A stretch of 64,000 bases of DNA from Octopus vulgaris (lineage: Eukaryota): positions 37,262,001-37,326,000 of the forward strand of contig OX597824.1 of NCBI GenBank assembly GCA_951406725.2. Direction: 5' to 3'. A program made the translations under genes and the position numbers. Below, piece by piece: positions 49,150 through 59,969 of the stretch (the stretch's first letter is position 1; every line of letters begins with the position of its first letter). The notes beneath the pieces are model-generated. The model made no database searches and was not told where the DNA came from. It saw only the letters and a program-made list of their open reading frames with translations.

Positions 49150-50617
49150 AAGAAATTTCGGGTGTGGAAGCAAGGGTTAGAATCAAAGGGCCTTAGAGTA
49201 AATGTAGCAAAGACCAAAGTTATAGTAAGAAGAAAGGCGAACTCAGCACACACCCCCCTCGGGCAGGTGGCCCTGCTCGATCTGTAGGAAAGGTGTAGGT
49301 AGAAACTCCATAAGATGCACCCAATGTAAGCTATGGATGCACAAGAGGTGCAGCAACATTAAAGGGAAATTAACAGATAAGATAGCTTTCATGTGCAGCA
49401 GATGCACAGGGACAATAGACACCACAGACACTCAGAAAACAGATTCCATCACACTCCAGGGAGAGAAACTAGAAGTAGTTGATAGTTTCCGCTACCTGGG
49501 TGACCAAGTTAGTAGTGGAGGTGGATGCACAGAGAGTATCACCACTAGAATACGAATAGCCTGGGCAAAGTTCAGAAAGCTCCTACCCCTACTGGCGACA
49601 AAGGGTCTCTCGCTCAGAGTGAAAGATAGATTGTATGATGCATGTGTGCGAACTGCCATGCTTCACGGTAGTGAAACATGGGCTGTGACTGCAGAGGACA
49701 TGCGTAGACTTGAAAGAAATGAAGCTAGCATGATCCGCTGGATGTGTAATGTCAGTGTGCACGCACAACAGAGTGTAAGCACCCTGAGAGAAATGCTGGA
49801 TATAAGAAGCATCAGATGTGGTGTGCAAGAGCGACACTTGCAATGGTATGGTCATGTGCTGCGGATGGATGAGGAGAGATGTGTGAAGTGCCACTCCCAA
49901 ACAGTTGAAGGTATCAGGGGGAGAGGTAGACCCAGGAAGACATGGGATGAGGTAGTCAAGCATGACCTCAGAGCGTTGGGCCTCACCGAGATCTCTGGAG
50001 ATATGCTGTGACTGCAAAGACCTGGGCTGCTTCCTGCATCAGTTCCGCATAGCCCCTGCCCATTCAAAGTACCCCGGATCCCAGAACGTCCCGCTGTGCT
50101 TGAGGAGACCTCTTGAGTCAAGTACATGAACATGAACGTCGAAATAAATATCAATGGAAATAGTAGTTGTGATGCCTGTGCCGGTGGCACATAAAAAGCA
50201 CTATCCGAACGTGGCCGATGCCAGCGCCGCCCCGACTGGCTTCTGTGCCGGTGGCACATAAAAAGCACCATCCGAACGTGGCCGATGCCAGCGCCGCCCC
50301 GACTGGCTCCTGTGCCAGTGGCACATAAAAAGACCATCCGAATGTTGCCAGCGCCGCCTTGGCTGGCTTCTGTGCCACTGGCACGTTAAAAGCTCCAACC
50401 GATCGTGACCGATGCCAGACCCCCCGCTGGCACCTGTGCAGGTGGCACTTAAAAAGCACCCACTACACTCGCGGGGTGGTTGGCGTTAGGAAGGGCATCC
50501 AGCCGTAGAAACTCTGCCAGATCAGACTGGAGCCTGGAGCGGGCCCTGGCTTCCCAGACCCCGGTCAAACCGTCCAACCCGTGCTAGCGCGGAAAATGGA
50601 CGCTAAACGATGATGAT
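49150..50617 (+). mobile_element. 5'-truncated, relatively young RTE LINE with a PHD-like finger, repeated 3' UTR and (TGA)n tail
   Basis: GLRVNVAKTKV, CSICRKGVGRNSIRCTQCKLWMHKRCS..CSRC, VDSFRYLGD, HGSETW and RGRGRPRKTW; tail GGACGCTAAACGATGATGAT. Confidence 0.93.
50176..50460 (+). repeat. Five GC-rich ~60-67-bp tandem units in the RTE 3' UTR
   Basis: CTGTGCCGGTGGCACATAAAAAGCACCATCCGAACGTGGCCGATGCCAG..CTGGC repeated. Confidence 0.92.
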
Positions 50618-51199
50618 TTAACAGGGAAGTGGAACCTTGTTTCAGTGCCCCAAGGGCCTCTAGAATAGTAAAAGACACCAAAGTTAATATTACAGTATCA
50701 TATTCCTCATGCTAATACAAGCAAAGTTTTTGTACTTCTTTACCCAAAAGAGAAAACATTCAACATGGGGACACTGTGGCTATCTGAAGCTAAAACTTAT
50801 GATATCCTCACACAAATATCAACAAACCATTTAGGATGAGTTATACAATTTATTGTTTTTAAGTAATCCTTTTGAAACAAGATGGGTTAAATTGATAAAA
50901 TTCTTGAAAATGTGTTTTGTCTTTTGACTCTAGCCTCATTTACCTGCCAATTATTTCTTAAGCACTGTAATTATGTATCAGGGTGAAAGCATACATTTCA
51001 AACATAGCTCTCCATGGAATGCTTTCAAACACAGAATGTTTTTTTTTTCTGTTTATAAATAAATTTGAAACCACTTTCCGCATACCCTAAAATATACCAA
51101 TGTTATAATATTGTCTTATCATGCAAAAACTGTTCAGATTTTCACGACAAGTTGGGAGGAGCTACACTTGCACTTCTTTCTTTCAGCGTATTGTAAATG

Positions 51200-51353
51200 T
51201 CAGTTGGTTTGTGGATATCTACTTGGCTCTGGAGAAGACAAATGGGACTGAGATGCTCTCCTTTTTGGAAACTGAATAATAGGAGGTGGCTTTAGAAGCA
51301 TCCGTCTTTGATACTCAGAATCATCATCCTCATCATCTAAGAAAACTGGTGGC
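51200..51353 (-). pseudogene. EnSpm second gene, acidic/Pro-rich exon
   Basis: Acceptor TTTTGTACAG|G; PPVFLDDEDDDSEYQRRMLLKPPPIIQFPKRR; phase 2 matches the upstream exon; 3' boundary uncertain (stop at 51200-51202). Confidence 0.7.
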
Positions 51354-52258
51354 CTGTACAAAATAAAATGAAAAATAAACAAGGAATTACATGTATTTCC
51401 CTTCACACAGTGAATAACATGGGTATATGTTTGTCAATACATAGTCTTAGAACACATTGGAACTCATACTAATGTTTATAAGCTTCATACTTGTAGTGCT
51501 ATCTATGGACATGTCTGACAGCCTACCTGCACTTTCATGCAAAATGAAAGGTGGGTGGTGAGTGGGGACTCAGAGTTTTACATGGGTGTCCTCAGGAACT
51601 GATATTCAGCTCCATTTTCAGTGCAAACATGGGGTGATCCTAGCTGTCAGATATGTTGATAAACCCCAAGACATAAAAAAATAAACGGACATCTAAAAGG
51701 GATTCACTAGTTATACTAATTATTAAAGAACTGTCTGTTTGAAATCTGTAGACAGGCCATCTGTAGCTCTCCTAATTATATCCATTTCTGTAGGGTTTCA
51801 TTGGGAAATCTGAAATATACTTTGAGCTGTGGTAGGTTTATGTTGGTTTATTTTCTGTTTGTTTTTGGCTGCTATGTTAGGTAAATGGATAAAAAAATGA
51901 ACTCTGTGTCAATCTTCCTTTCAGAATCCAGGTTCAAACAATCACACTGCATAAAGCAATTAAAGGCTCACCTCAGAGAAAATTTAGGCGAGCAATAGGG
52001 ATCAGATGCTATAACTCTCCTCAAAATCATCTATTTATTTTTCGATGCTTTACAACACTTTCAACAGCCAGGGTTATATCGTGTCAGTGGTGGGTTTACA
52101 GATGGAGGAGAGTTCAGACAATCCAGCAAGAACCACTGAGTAGCGATGGGCATCCACCAGCCCTCCAAATCTCAACCAAGTTACTGCTGTGGTAACACAG
52201 CAGTCACTGGGTTAACATCTCTCCTCAGAAAGACAGCCCTGTTAAGAATTTTATTTAC

Positions 52259-52374
52259 CTTCTCTTTTTCTTAGATCTGGAATTTGCTCCTTCATTTGAA
52301 TCACTGGAAGCAGGTGTCTGCAACTCTGATTCTACTTTGGCCACTTTAAGCTTTCTTCTTACTTTATCATGTTT
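52259..52374 (-). pseudogene. EnSpm second gene, basic exon
   Basis: TATATTCAG|AAA ... AAG|GTAAAT; KHDKVRRKLKVAKVESELQTPASSDSNEGANSRSKKKR, open throughout. Confidence 0.75.
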
Positions 52375-54059
52375 CTGAATATATAAAAAAAGAAAAGGGT
52401 TTTGAGAAAACAGAACAGAAAGTTATAAAATTCAAAATAAAGTGGTTTACAGAAATTAGGAGTGATTGTTGCAATAAAAAAAAAATCTGGAAATCAGGGC
52501 TTGCAAAAAAAAATTTTAAGACTGAGGCCTTTCTGGAATTGGGTCTGGGATCTACATTTGTTTTACCAGTATAAGGAAAAATCTGTCCTGATGCAAATGG
52601 GCATGGGTCAATGCACGTTCATTTCCTAGGCATGTGAAAGAGGCACAGATGCAGAGACCAGCTGACCAGGCAACCGGGGTAAAAAAAGTTGCCCTGTATT
52701 GCTCATTTTCACCCTGTCTTCATAAAAAAGCGATACTGATGTTACCCTGTCAAAAGATGAATCTGCCTTGAAATAAGGTGAAATTTCATGGAATTTACAA
52801 ACAATTCCCATATTAAAGAAATTGGATGGGAAGTATTGACTATTATTGTAACTATTTTCACACAAACTAAAATGGAAATTCATTTCAAAACAGCAAACAC
52901 AGTAAATAAACAAAGTTGAAATTGTCTCTGATGCAGTGAAATTAGGTGACTTAGATGAATTACAGCATTAAAAAAATGATTTTCCATCTGAGTAATTATC
53001 AAAATAATAATTTTTTATCTTTAGTATTTTATCTGAAGTTATATTTGAGATGAGCTTTCATGGAAACAACACTTTGGCTCAAATATGAAGTTTTAATTCT
53101 CACCTTCTCTTGAAAAACAAATAAGAAAAACCGGCTGATTGATCATCCCCTGATTTCTGGGACAATAACTGAACATATTTGAACTTTCAAATTAAAGGAG
53201 GATCTGCCTCTTCCAAAACATGGCATGTCTGCCTGATTTTATGGGGTCTTATTTTTGAATTTACTTCATTTCATTTTTTATCTAATTATTTATCTATTTT
53301 TACTTATTAATTAATTCATTATTATTATTATTTATTATTTATTTTTTTGATAAAAATGAATTAATCATGGGAGAAAGATCTCCACACTTACTTATTGTTT
53401 GATTTGAATGGGAAAAAAACATGAATTAGAGCATCATAAAGTCTTTAGTCTAGCCCTTTACCCAATACAGAATTTTTGATACATAAAATAAATACAACTA
53501 CAAAATCCTTGCAGTTTTGAAATATAACCACTTAAGTGTGGGTATGAATAGAAATAACTCTCTTTTAATGATGCTATTTATGTTTTCTGAGAATATTGAT
53601 GGTACCAACGATATATTGTGGTAAGTTATTGATAATTCTTGGGCATCTTTGGCCAATTCATTAGGTGAAAGCTAGGTTTGGTTTTTCCAATAACTTGTCA
53701 CTTCTCCCTCTTCTCACCTGACATCTCCCTAAAATCTCTGGAGGGAGGAGTGACTTCTCCCCCAATTTTCTCTGTCAGATGATCTTTGCACTGATGCATT
53801 ATGATAACTGGAAGCAACTTTCCAATTAGCTAATATGTTAAAATTGCAAAAAAAAAAAAAAAAAAAGCAACAAATAGGTGACACACCTTTTTCAACCAGA
53901 TCTAAACCTGAAACTTCCTATAACATGATTGTTAGAAAATATTTTTGTACTTTCAGAATAGAATTTTTAATGTCAATTATGCATGGTATTATTACGTGTA
54001 TAAACTGATTTGCACTGGTATTAAAACGGTTGCCTTGACATGCAATGCACTTCAACACA

Positions 54060-54168
54060 CAATGCCCCCAGGCATGAGTAAGTGGGGTGTAGTGTCTTCT
54101 CCAAGGAAACAATTTGGTTGTCGCAGGTGGGATTCAAACCAACTCTACCAACTAGCCAGTGAGCTCCC
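54060..54168 (-). mobile_element. tRNA-derived SINE head inserted in the transposase
   Basis: Minus strand GGCTAGTTGGTAGAG..GGTTTGAATCCCAC..CCTTGGAGAAGACACT. Confidence 0.55.
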
Positions 54169-54169
54169 A

Positions 54170-55270
54170 ATAAACCAGTATAATCACAATGAGACATGCA
54201 GAAAGATGAGCTGGACAGGCAATATATTCCAACAAATAAAAGCATAAAATGATGATACCTTGAACTGGGAAGACAAGTTCAAAGAACAACCAGAACAGTG
54301 TAAAGCAAAAATTGTCTCAATTCAGTTATCTTCCACTTGTCTATTTCATTCGAAAACCTCTTTTTCCTCAAGAACTCACATAGAATATATTTTCTTAAGT
54401 AAACCCTCAGTTACTTGCTTTACTGAATTAGCACCTATTCTGCAAGAATTTTTGACTGGACCTCGCAACCAAAGCAAAATAAGGCGTCTGATAACACCTG
54501 AACACATCAAATGCATATAATCAAGAGGGAATTGAGTAACCAAACCTAATGATGTTTTTCTGAGAGGAGGGAGGCCTAAATGATGATTCCTATCTGACAT
54601 CTCAGCAAACTGAACATCAAAGGATTTTTCATCTCTGGAATTGTCATTCTGCTGTTATATACACCTCTTTGAGTACACTTTTCACAACCATGATAGCCAC
54701 TATGAACTATGACCTTTGAACTGTTTAACAAATGCCTGGGCTGGAGTATCATAAATAACACAAGATACCGAAAACTGGAAATGTTTGTCAGCCTCAGGAA
54801 CATGCAAAAAAATTCTCTTCAACCTCTCTTAATTCCAACGCTAAATGATGTAAAAGAAACTGGCATCACCTGGCTTTTGATTTCCTAAATAAAAACCAAT
54901 TATGAAAGATTCCCCCCACCCCAAAAGGGTTCCACAAGTCTTCCTAAAATAGGCCAAAATTGAGTATTTGAACTTTTAAGCAGGGGTAGTTCATCAATAT
55001 TAATTTGTATCATTAGCATGTTTATATCATCTACATGAGTTTGGTACAACTCCAAAAGAATTTGAGTGATGCTGCTAAACCAAAATGGTGGTATGACCAT
55101 CCATTTATTTCAGGAATTTTATACTTCTTTTGTGTGCCAAGTAATGTTCTGGGGTCTTTAGGAATGAATGAATGGGTGGTATTTTCTTAAAATTAGTAAC
55201 AGATCATGTTCAGCAGAATGTGAAACATTAAACTTTGTCACCCAGCTGGCTAGCTGACTACAGAGGTCTT
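54170..55270 (-). pseudogene. EnSpm/CACTA transposase, multiply frameshifted
   Basis: IPKDPRTLL, INIDELPLLKSSNTQFWPILG, SGYHGCEKCTQRG, FPLDYMHLMCSGVIRRL and EIDKWKITELRQFLLYT. Confidence 0.92.
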
Positions 55271-56113
55271 AGCTGTACTTGTGGTTAACTCCTATAGATA
55301 GACTTACACGTAATATACAGTGACATAAGGCATTGAGACTCTATGTTCAAACACTAATACATCTGTTATTTTCATCATCATCATCATTCTAATATCCATT
55401 TGCATGGGTCATATAGAATGTGTTGAAGCAGATGTTCTATGGCTGGATACCCTCTCTGTCCCCAACTCTCATGTTTCCAAAGTGTATGTGTGCATGTTTT
55501 TCTCTCTCTCTTCCATCTCTTTTCTTTTCAAAAAAAAAAAAAAACATTTCTCCCAGCATTTACTATTTTCCTCTCATTCTGGTCCAACGACCCTCCATGT
55601 TTGTTTTCATTTGGTTTCCTTGTATGTCTCCACTGTCATTTTTTAATTCTCATCTTTGTCCCTCTATAAATCCTAAATTTTATTTTAGAATTTATGGGAG
55701 CACCCGTCTTTGAAGACTCATATTGTCAAATGCTCGAAATGAGGAGTAGATAGACAGCCGACAACTGATGACGGGTCCTTTCTCAGTGTTAACTTGCCCG
55801 GTTTTCCTTTTTTTTCCTTGTTGTTTACGTATTCCACTCATTTTTCCCTCATTTGTTTATGCATTTCATGTTATTTGTACTGTTGGTGACGTCCTGTAGC
55901 TATATATGCATGTATATATATATATATAGATATATATTATATTATATTATATTATATTATATGAATGTGGCGCATTCATTTCCAAGTATATATATATATA
56001 TCACCGTGACTGACCAGGCTATCAGATGTTGCTACACATCGCTGGTCACAATGCGAATCGCATTGTTTTAGCCTTCAAATGATGCCACCCCACTGGCTAA
56101 GCGAGCAGGCCAA

Positions 56114-56161
56114 TATATATATATATATAGATGGATGGATGGATAGATAGATACATAGATG

Positions 56162-56240
<79 letters not shown>
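56114..56240. repeat. (TA)n/(GATG)/(GATA)n microsatellite
   Basis: Direct reading. Confidence 0.97.
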
Positions 56241-56624
56241 TAAAGTACAAGTGAGGATATATAAACCTAAGAGGGATAAAAATATTCAAGATTAGACTGG
56301 TTGAATACCTTATAATATAGGCACACACACATATATTATTATTATAAAAAACAGTTTTAATGGTACACTGTATTTTTCCTGTTTGATTATTTAATGTCAT
56401 CGTTATGTTTTCAATATGATTTATATAAATTTCTTTGTACGTTCTTCTCTGATACTATTCTGGCTTATGATAATTATCCAAATTATTTAATTAAATTAAA
56501 TTTGATTAATTTTACACTATAAAGCGATGAAGTGAAGCAATTGTAGGTCTTATCAATCGTATATATATATATATATATATTATCTGATGGGATAATATAT
56601 GCCCACCATATTCCCTTCCATATT

Positions 56625-56716
56625 GGCTACCTCTGATGAGCGCAGAGTTATAGAATTGGATTGTTACCTAACACTCCATTGTATTCTTTACGCAAAACCG
56701 ATTGGCAAGACAATCC
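56625..56716 (+). ncRNA. Degenerate hammerhead-like motif
   Basis: CTGATGA-GCG..stem II..CGC-AAAA-CCGATTGG-CA; GAAA and the cleavage triplet each carry one substitution. Confidence 0.35.
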
Positions 56717-56912
56717 GTGATGGATACTTAATAAAATTCGGATAATATACTCATTCTACTGACAGTTAGTTATATGAGTGCATCTTCTCCCTGACGTATG
56801 GTCAGGGAGACGGCTCACGCATGTCAAACTATTTTTCCCAACCAGTGGCCATGACTGATCGCTAAATCCCAAAGTTTTTCTTTCTCTCTCTCTGTTTATT
56901 TCCTCACATTCC

Positions 56913-56946
56913 TTTCTGTTGCAGAGCGTAGGCTCGAAACGTAAAA
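56913..56946 (+). ncRNA. Degenerate minimal hammerhead-like motif
   Basis: TTT-CTGTTGCA-GAGC-GTAG-GCTC-GAAA-CG-TA-AAA. Confidence 0.35.
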
Positions 56947-57069
56947 CTTTCTCGAACATCAAACTACACACACACACATATACATATTGTGTACATGCCT
57001 TCATACATACATGTATACACCACACACGCACACACACCAGGTGTATTTCGCAGTCTCATACACCTAGGA

Positions 57070-57540
57070 ATCGATTGTTTTGTCGTTCTTGGTGACGACA
57101 TCACATATGTTGTTAAAAATAAACATTGACCAAATCGCTACCCTGTTCACGCGTCCAGAGAAGTACTTTATCGTAACATATATTTTGTTATAATGCACCA
57201 TAGTTGTGAATAGAATTACAGTTGATTTCTTAATGGGAAAGATCAATTAAAAAAAGTCAGAGGTTCAATAGTGAAAAAGGTTCAGTAGTAAAAAGTAGCG
57301 AACTAATTGAAGACAATAAATACAGTGGCGTTTACACATTCCACTTTATACATCTAAGACCCCATTTTTTAAAGTCGGGAAGTCTGAAGATTATCAGGGA
57401 AAAGACCCTTAAACAGCCTTGGTATGTGACCCAGCTACCCTGAAGATAGGCGTTCTTTCTTTATTCAACTAAATAACGAGGAATAAGCCTTTCTCACTAC
57501 ATGTTGACGAAAATTCACCAAATTTGGTAAGGCTGCGTCT
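57070..57540 (+). pseudogene. Possible very old LTR-retrotransposon RT/RNase H remnant
   Basis: CFVVLGDDI, ALVCDPATL and KPFSLHVD occur in the order expected for Gypsy pol, with many stops. Confidence 0.25.
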
Positions 57541-58129
57541 GAGTCATTCCAACGCTACTGTGTAATGGTGAGAATATACTGAAGAGAAGAGAAGAACGCA
57601 TTGCCAAAATGATGACTGACATCTCCTCCTCCATCTACTCACACACACATACGCGCACGCTAGCACATTCGCATACGCAGATACACACACACATACATAC
57701 ATCAGCACACATCCACATTCGTATACACATGAAGTACATACAGATACGTTTATATACATACACACACACACACATATATATATATACACACACACACTTG
57801 TATATTATATGCATCAATTATGTGCACTCCGTATTCAAAGTAACAGACATGGACGGATATACAAATAAAATATGACAATTAAATATTGATATAATGACAT
57901 TTGAGTGCATATAAGAATCTGAAGAGACTATAGGCATACGCGCCATTCGCGCGTCGTCATGTACACACGTAGAATACACATAAAATATTCTCCGAAACTG
58001 AGTTTGATTTCTAACGTGTTAAATGATGTTCTTAGATCGATATTATACAAATATACGAGAGAGAAAATAGTGATTTCAGTGGAGAATTATTTTCTTGTTG
58101 CGGAAGAATAACTTCTTCCATGAGCATCA

Positions 58130-59240
58130 TCTGATTTTACTTTCTCTCTCTCTCGCTCTCTCTATCCCTCCTTCATTTTCGAATTTTTTTCTCTCTCTCT
58201 ATCCCCCTCCCCATTTTCGAATTTTTTTTCTCATTTTCTCACTCTATCTCTATCATCCTCTTTTCCCTCTCCCTTCCTCTCGCTTTCTAGTCTTCTTTCT
58301 TTCTTTCTTAATCTCTCTGACCTCTACTCACACTTCCTTCTAGTCATATTCCTTCTTTCTCATTGTCTCTTCCTTTCTTGCGTTTCTCCCCTTCATTAAC
58401 TTCCTCTAGCTCTTTCCCTGTCTTCCTCTATCGTTTTCATACTTTTATTTATCCTTACACCTTCCTTTCTTATTTTTTTTTTCTCTCACTCTCCTCTTGA
58501 CCTATCGCACTTTCTGTATTATTTTCTATTTTATTCTCTCTCTCACTCCCTCTCAGTTATCTTTGCTCTATCGTTTTTTATATTCCCCCTTTTTCTATCA
58601 TTCTCTAACTTTCTCTCCCTCTTTTCCTCTTTCAATAAATTTTACTAGATCATTTTCCTCCTCACCCTGTCTTTCTCCCTCACTACTTTTACTGCATCAT
58701 TTTCCTCCTCTGTCTCACTCACTACTTTTACTGCATCGTTTTTTTTCTTCCCCCTTTTCTGTCTATTCTTTTCTAGCTTTCTCTTCGTCTCTTTCTCTCT
58801 CTATTGTTCTTTATCTCTTTTTCCTCCCTCTTTTCCCTTACTCTAACTGTATCGTTCTTTTTCTTCGCATCTTTCTATTATTCTTTATCTCTCTTTCCCT
58901 TCCTCATTACTCTTACTGTATCGTTCTTTTCCTCCCCATCTTTCTATTATTCTTTATCTCTCTTTCCCTTCCTCATTACTCTTACTGTATCGTTCTTTTC
59001 CTCTGCATCTTTCTATTATTTTTTATCTCTCTTTCCCTCCCTCATTACTCTTACTGTATCGTTCTTTTCCTCTGCATCTTTCTATTATTCTTTATCCTCT
59101 CCCTCTCTTTCACTTCCACTTGCGGTATCGTTCACCTCCTCCTCCCTCGTTTTCTCTCTCTCTATCCATCTTTACTTCTTACATTCTCTTTTTTTCTCTC
59201 CCCTTCACCCTCTGTCTATCTCTCACCTCCCCCGTCTCTT
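58130..59240. repeat. Pyrimidine-rich low-complexity tract containing a 69-bp minisatellite (about four units, 58840-59100)
   Basis: CTCTTACTGTATCGTTCTTTTCCTCTGCATCTTTCTATTATTCTTTATCTCTCTTTCCCTTCCTCATTA repeats. Confidence 0.9.
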
Positions 59241-59244
59241 CACT

Positions 59245-59387
59245 CGTGTGTCGTCGTTGCTGGTGGTGTTATTGTAAAGCGGTGCCGGTTGTTGTTGTTA
59301 ATTTAGCTCTCGGCCTCCGTCTCTTCCCCAGCTGTTAAACAACCAGACTTGCAGAGAAGCTTCAAACTCTTCAACGCTATCAAAATG
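59245..59387 (+). other. Candidate host-gene 5' exon ending in the start codon
   Basis: Non-repetitive, more GC-rich stretch ending CAAAATG|GTAAAG (ATG 59385-59387); alternative acceptor CTCTTCCCCAG at 59331. Confidence 0.35.
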
Positions 59388-59938
59388 GTAAAGAAAACCA
59401 TATTTTTTTTTTTTCATCGTTTTATTTCTCCTCTCTTTCATTTCCTTTCAATCCACTAAAAAAATGTTAAAATATTTCAATTTCTGTTTTATTTTAAACT
59501 AATTAACGACATTCCATTATTTAATGGTTGGTTCTTTTCTCATCACACACAACCAGAGATATATAACATACTTACATATTTAGTCCTCCTTCCTGCTTGA
59601 TTTCTTTATTTGGACAACTCTTTTTATCTTCCACACAATTATTATTATTATTATTATTTGTTACTGATGATGCCCACCACTAAAGACAGACTTGCAAACT
59701 GAAAGTGACGCATTTGATTTTAGATCCATTGACTAAAATATTGTCTTATCTTAAACCTTTAATTCATTCGTTCTGGATAAATTTCTGTCTCTGATATATT
59801 TCACTTGACCGTTTTTTTTTTTACTTCTCTAAGTGTTGCGCGCGCACACACAAAACACTTACCCTCACATACACACACGTCTATGTGTGCAGCTTTTAAA
59901 ACTGAATATATATCTGGATGCATTAAGCGTTTGTATAA

Positions 59939-59969
<31 letters not shown>

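Larger units (their letters stand above)
43574..55320 (-). mobile_element. Large EnSpm/CACTA-superfamily transposon: transposase plus spliced second gene, with nested insertions
   Basis: Terminus CCCAGCCAGCA at 43574 with TTGG(G/T)CCGATGT subterminal repeats in both orientations; DUF4806-like exons; CACTA transposase motifs at 54.0-55.3 kb; opposite terminus not found. Confidence 0.8.

Noticed and set aside
49589-50459. Antisense ORFs of 65-161 aa
   Set aside because: Shadow frames of the RTE coding region and its GC-rich tandem repeats
50176-50460. CRISPR-like repeat array
   Set aside because: Units are contiguous with no unique spacers, lie in a LINE 3' UTR, and there are no cas genes; the context is eukaryotic
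51972-52238. Extra exon of the EnSpm second gene (donor GAG|GTGAG at 51972)
   Set aside because: No convincing open frame or family motif, and the flanking exons already join in phase without it
55241-55251. CCCAGCTGGC as the second CACTA terminus
   Set aside because: Wrong orientation, and it lies within transposase coding sequence (QLASWVTK)
57075-57110. GDD motif suggesting an endogenous viral RdRP
   Set aside because: No motif A or B, and stops follow immediately; an old LTR RT remnant or chance fits better
58497-59306. 269-aa hydrophobic ORF resembling a membrane protein
   Set aside because: It comes from a CT-rich tract and a 69-bp minisatellite that lack stop codons by composition; several frames are open
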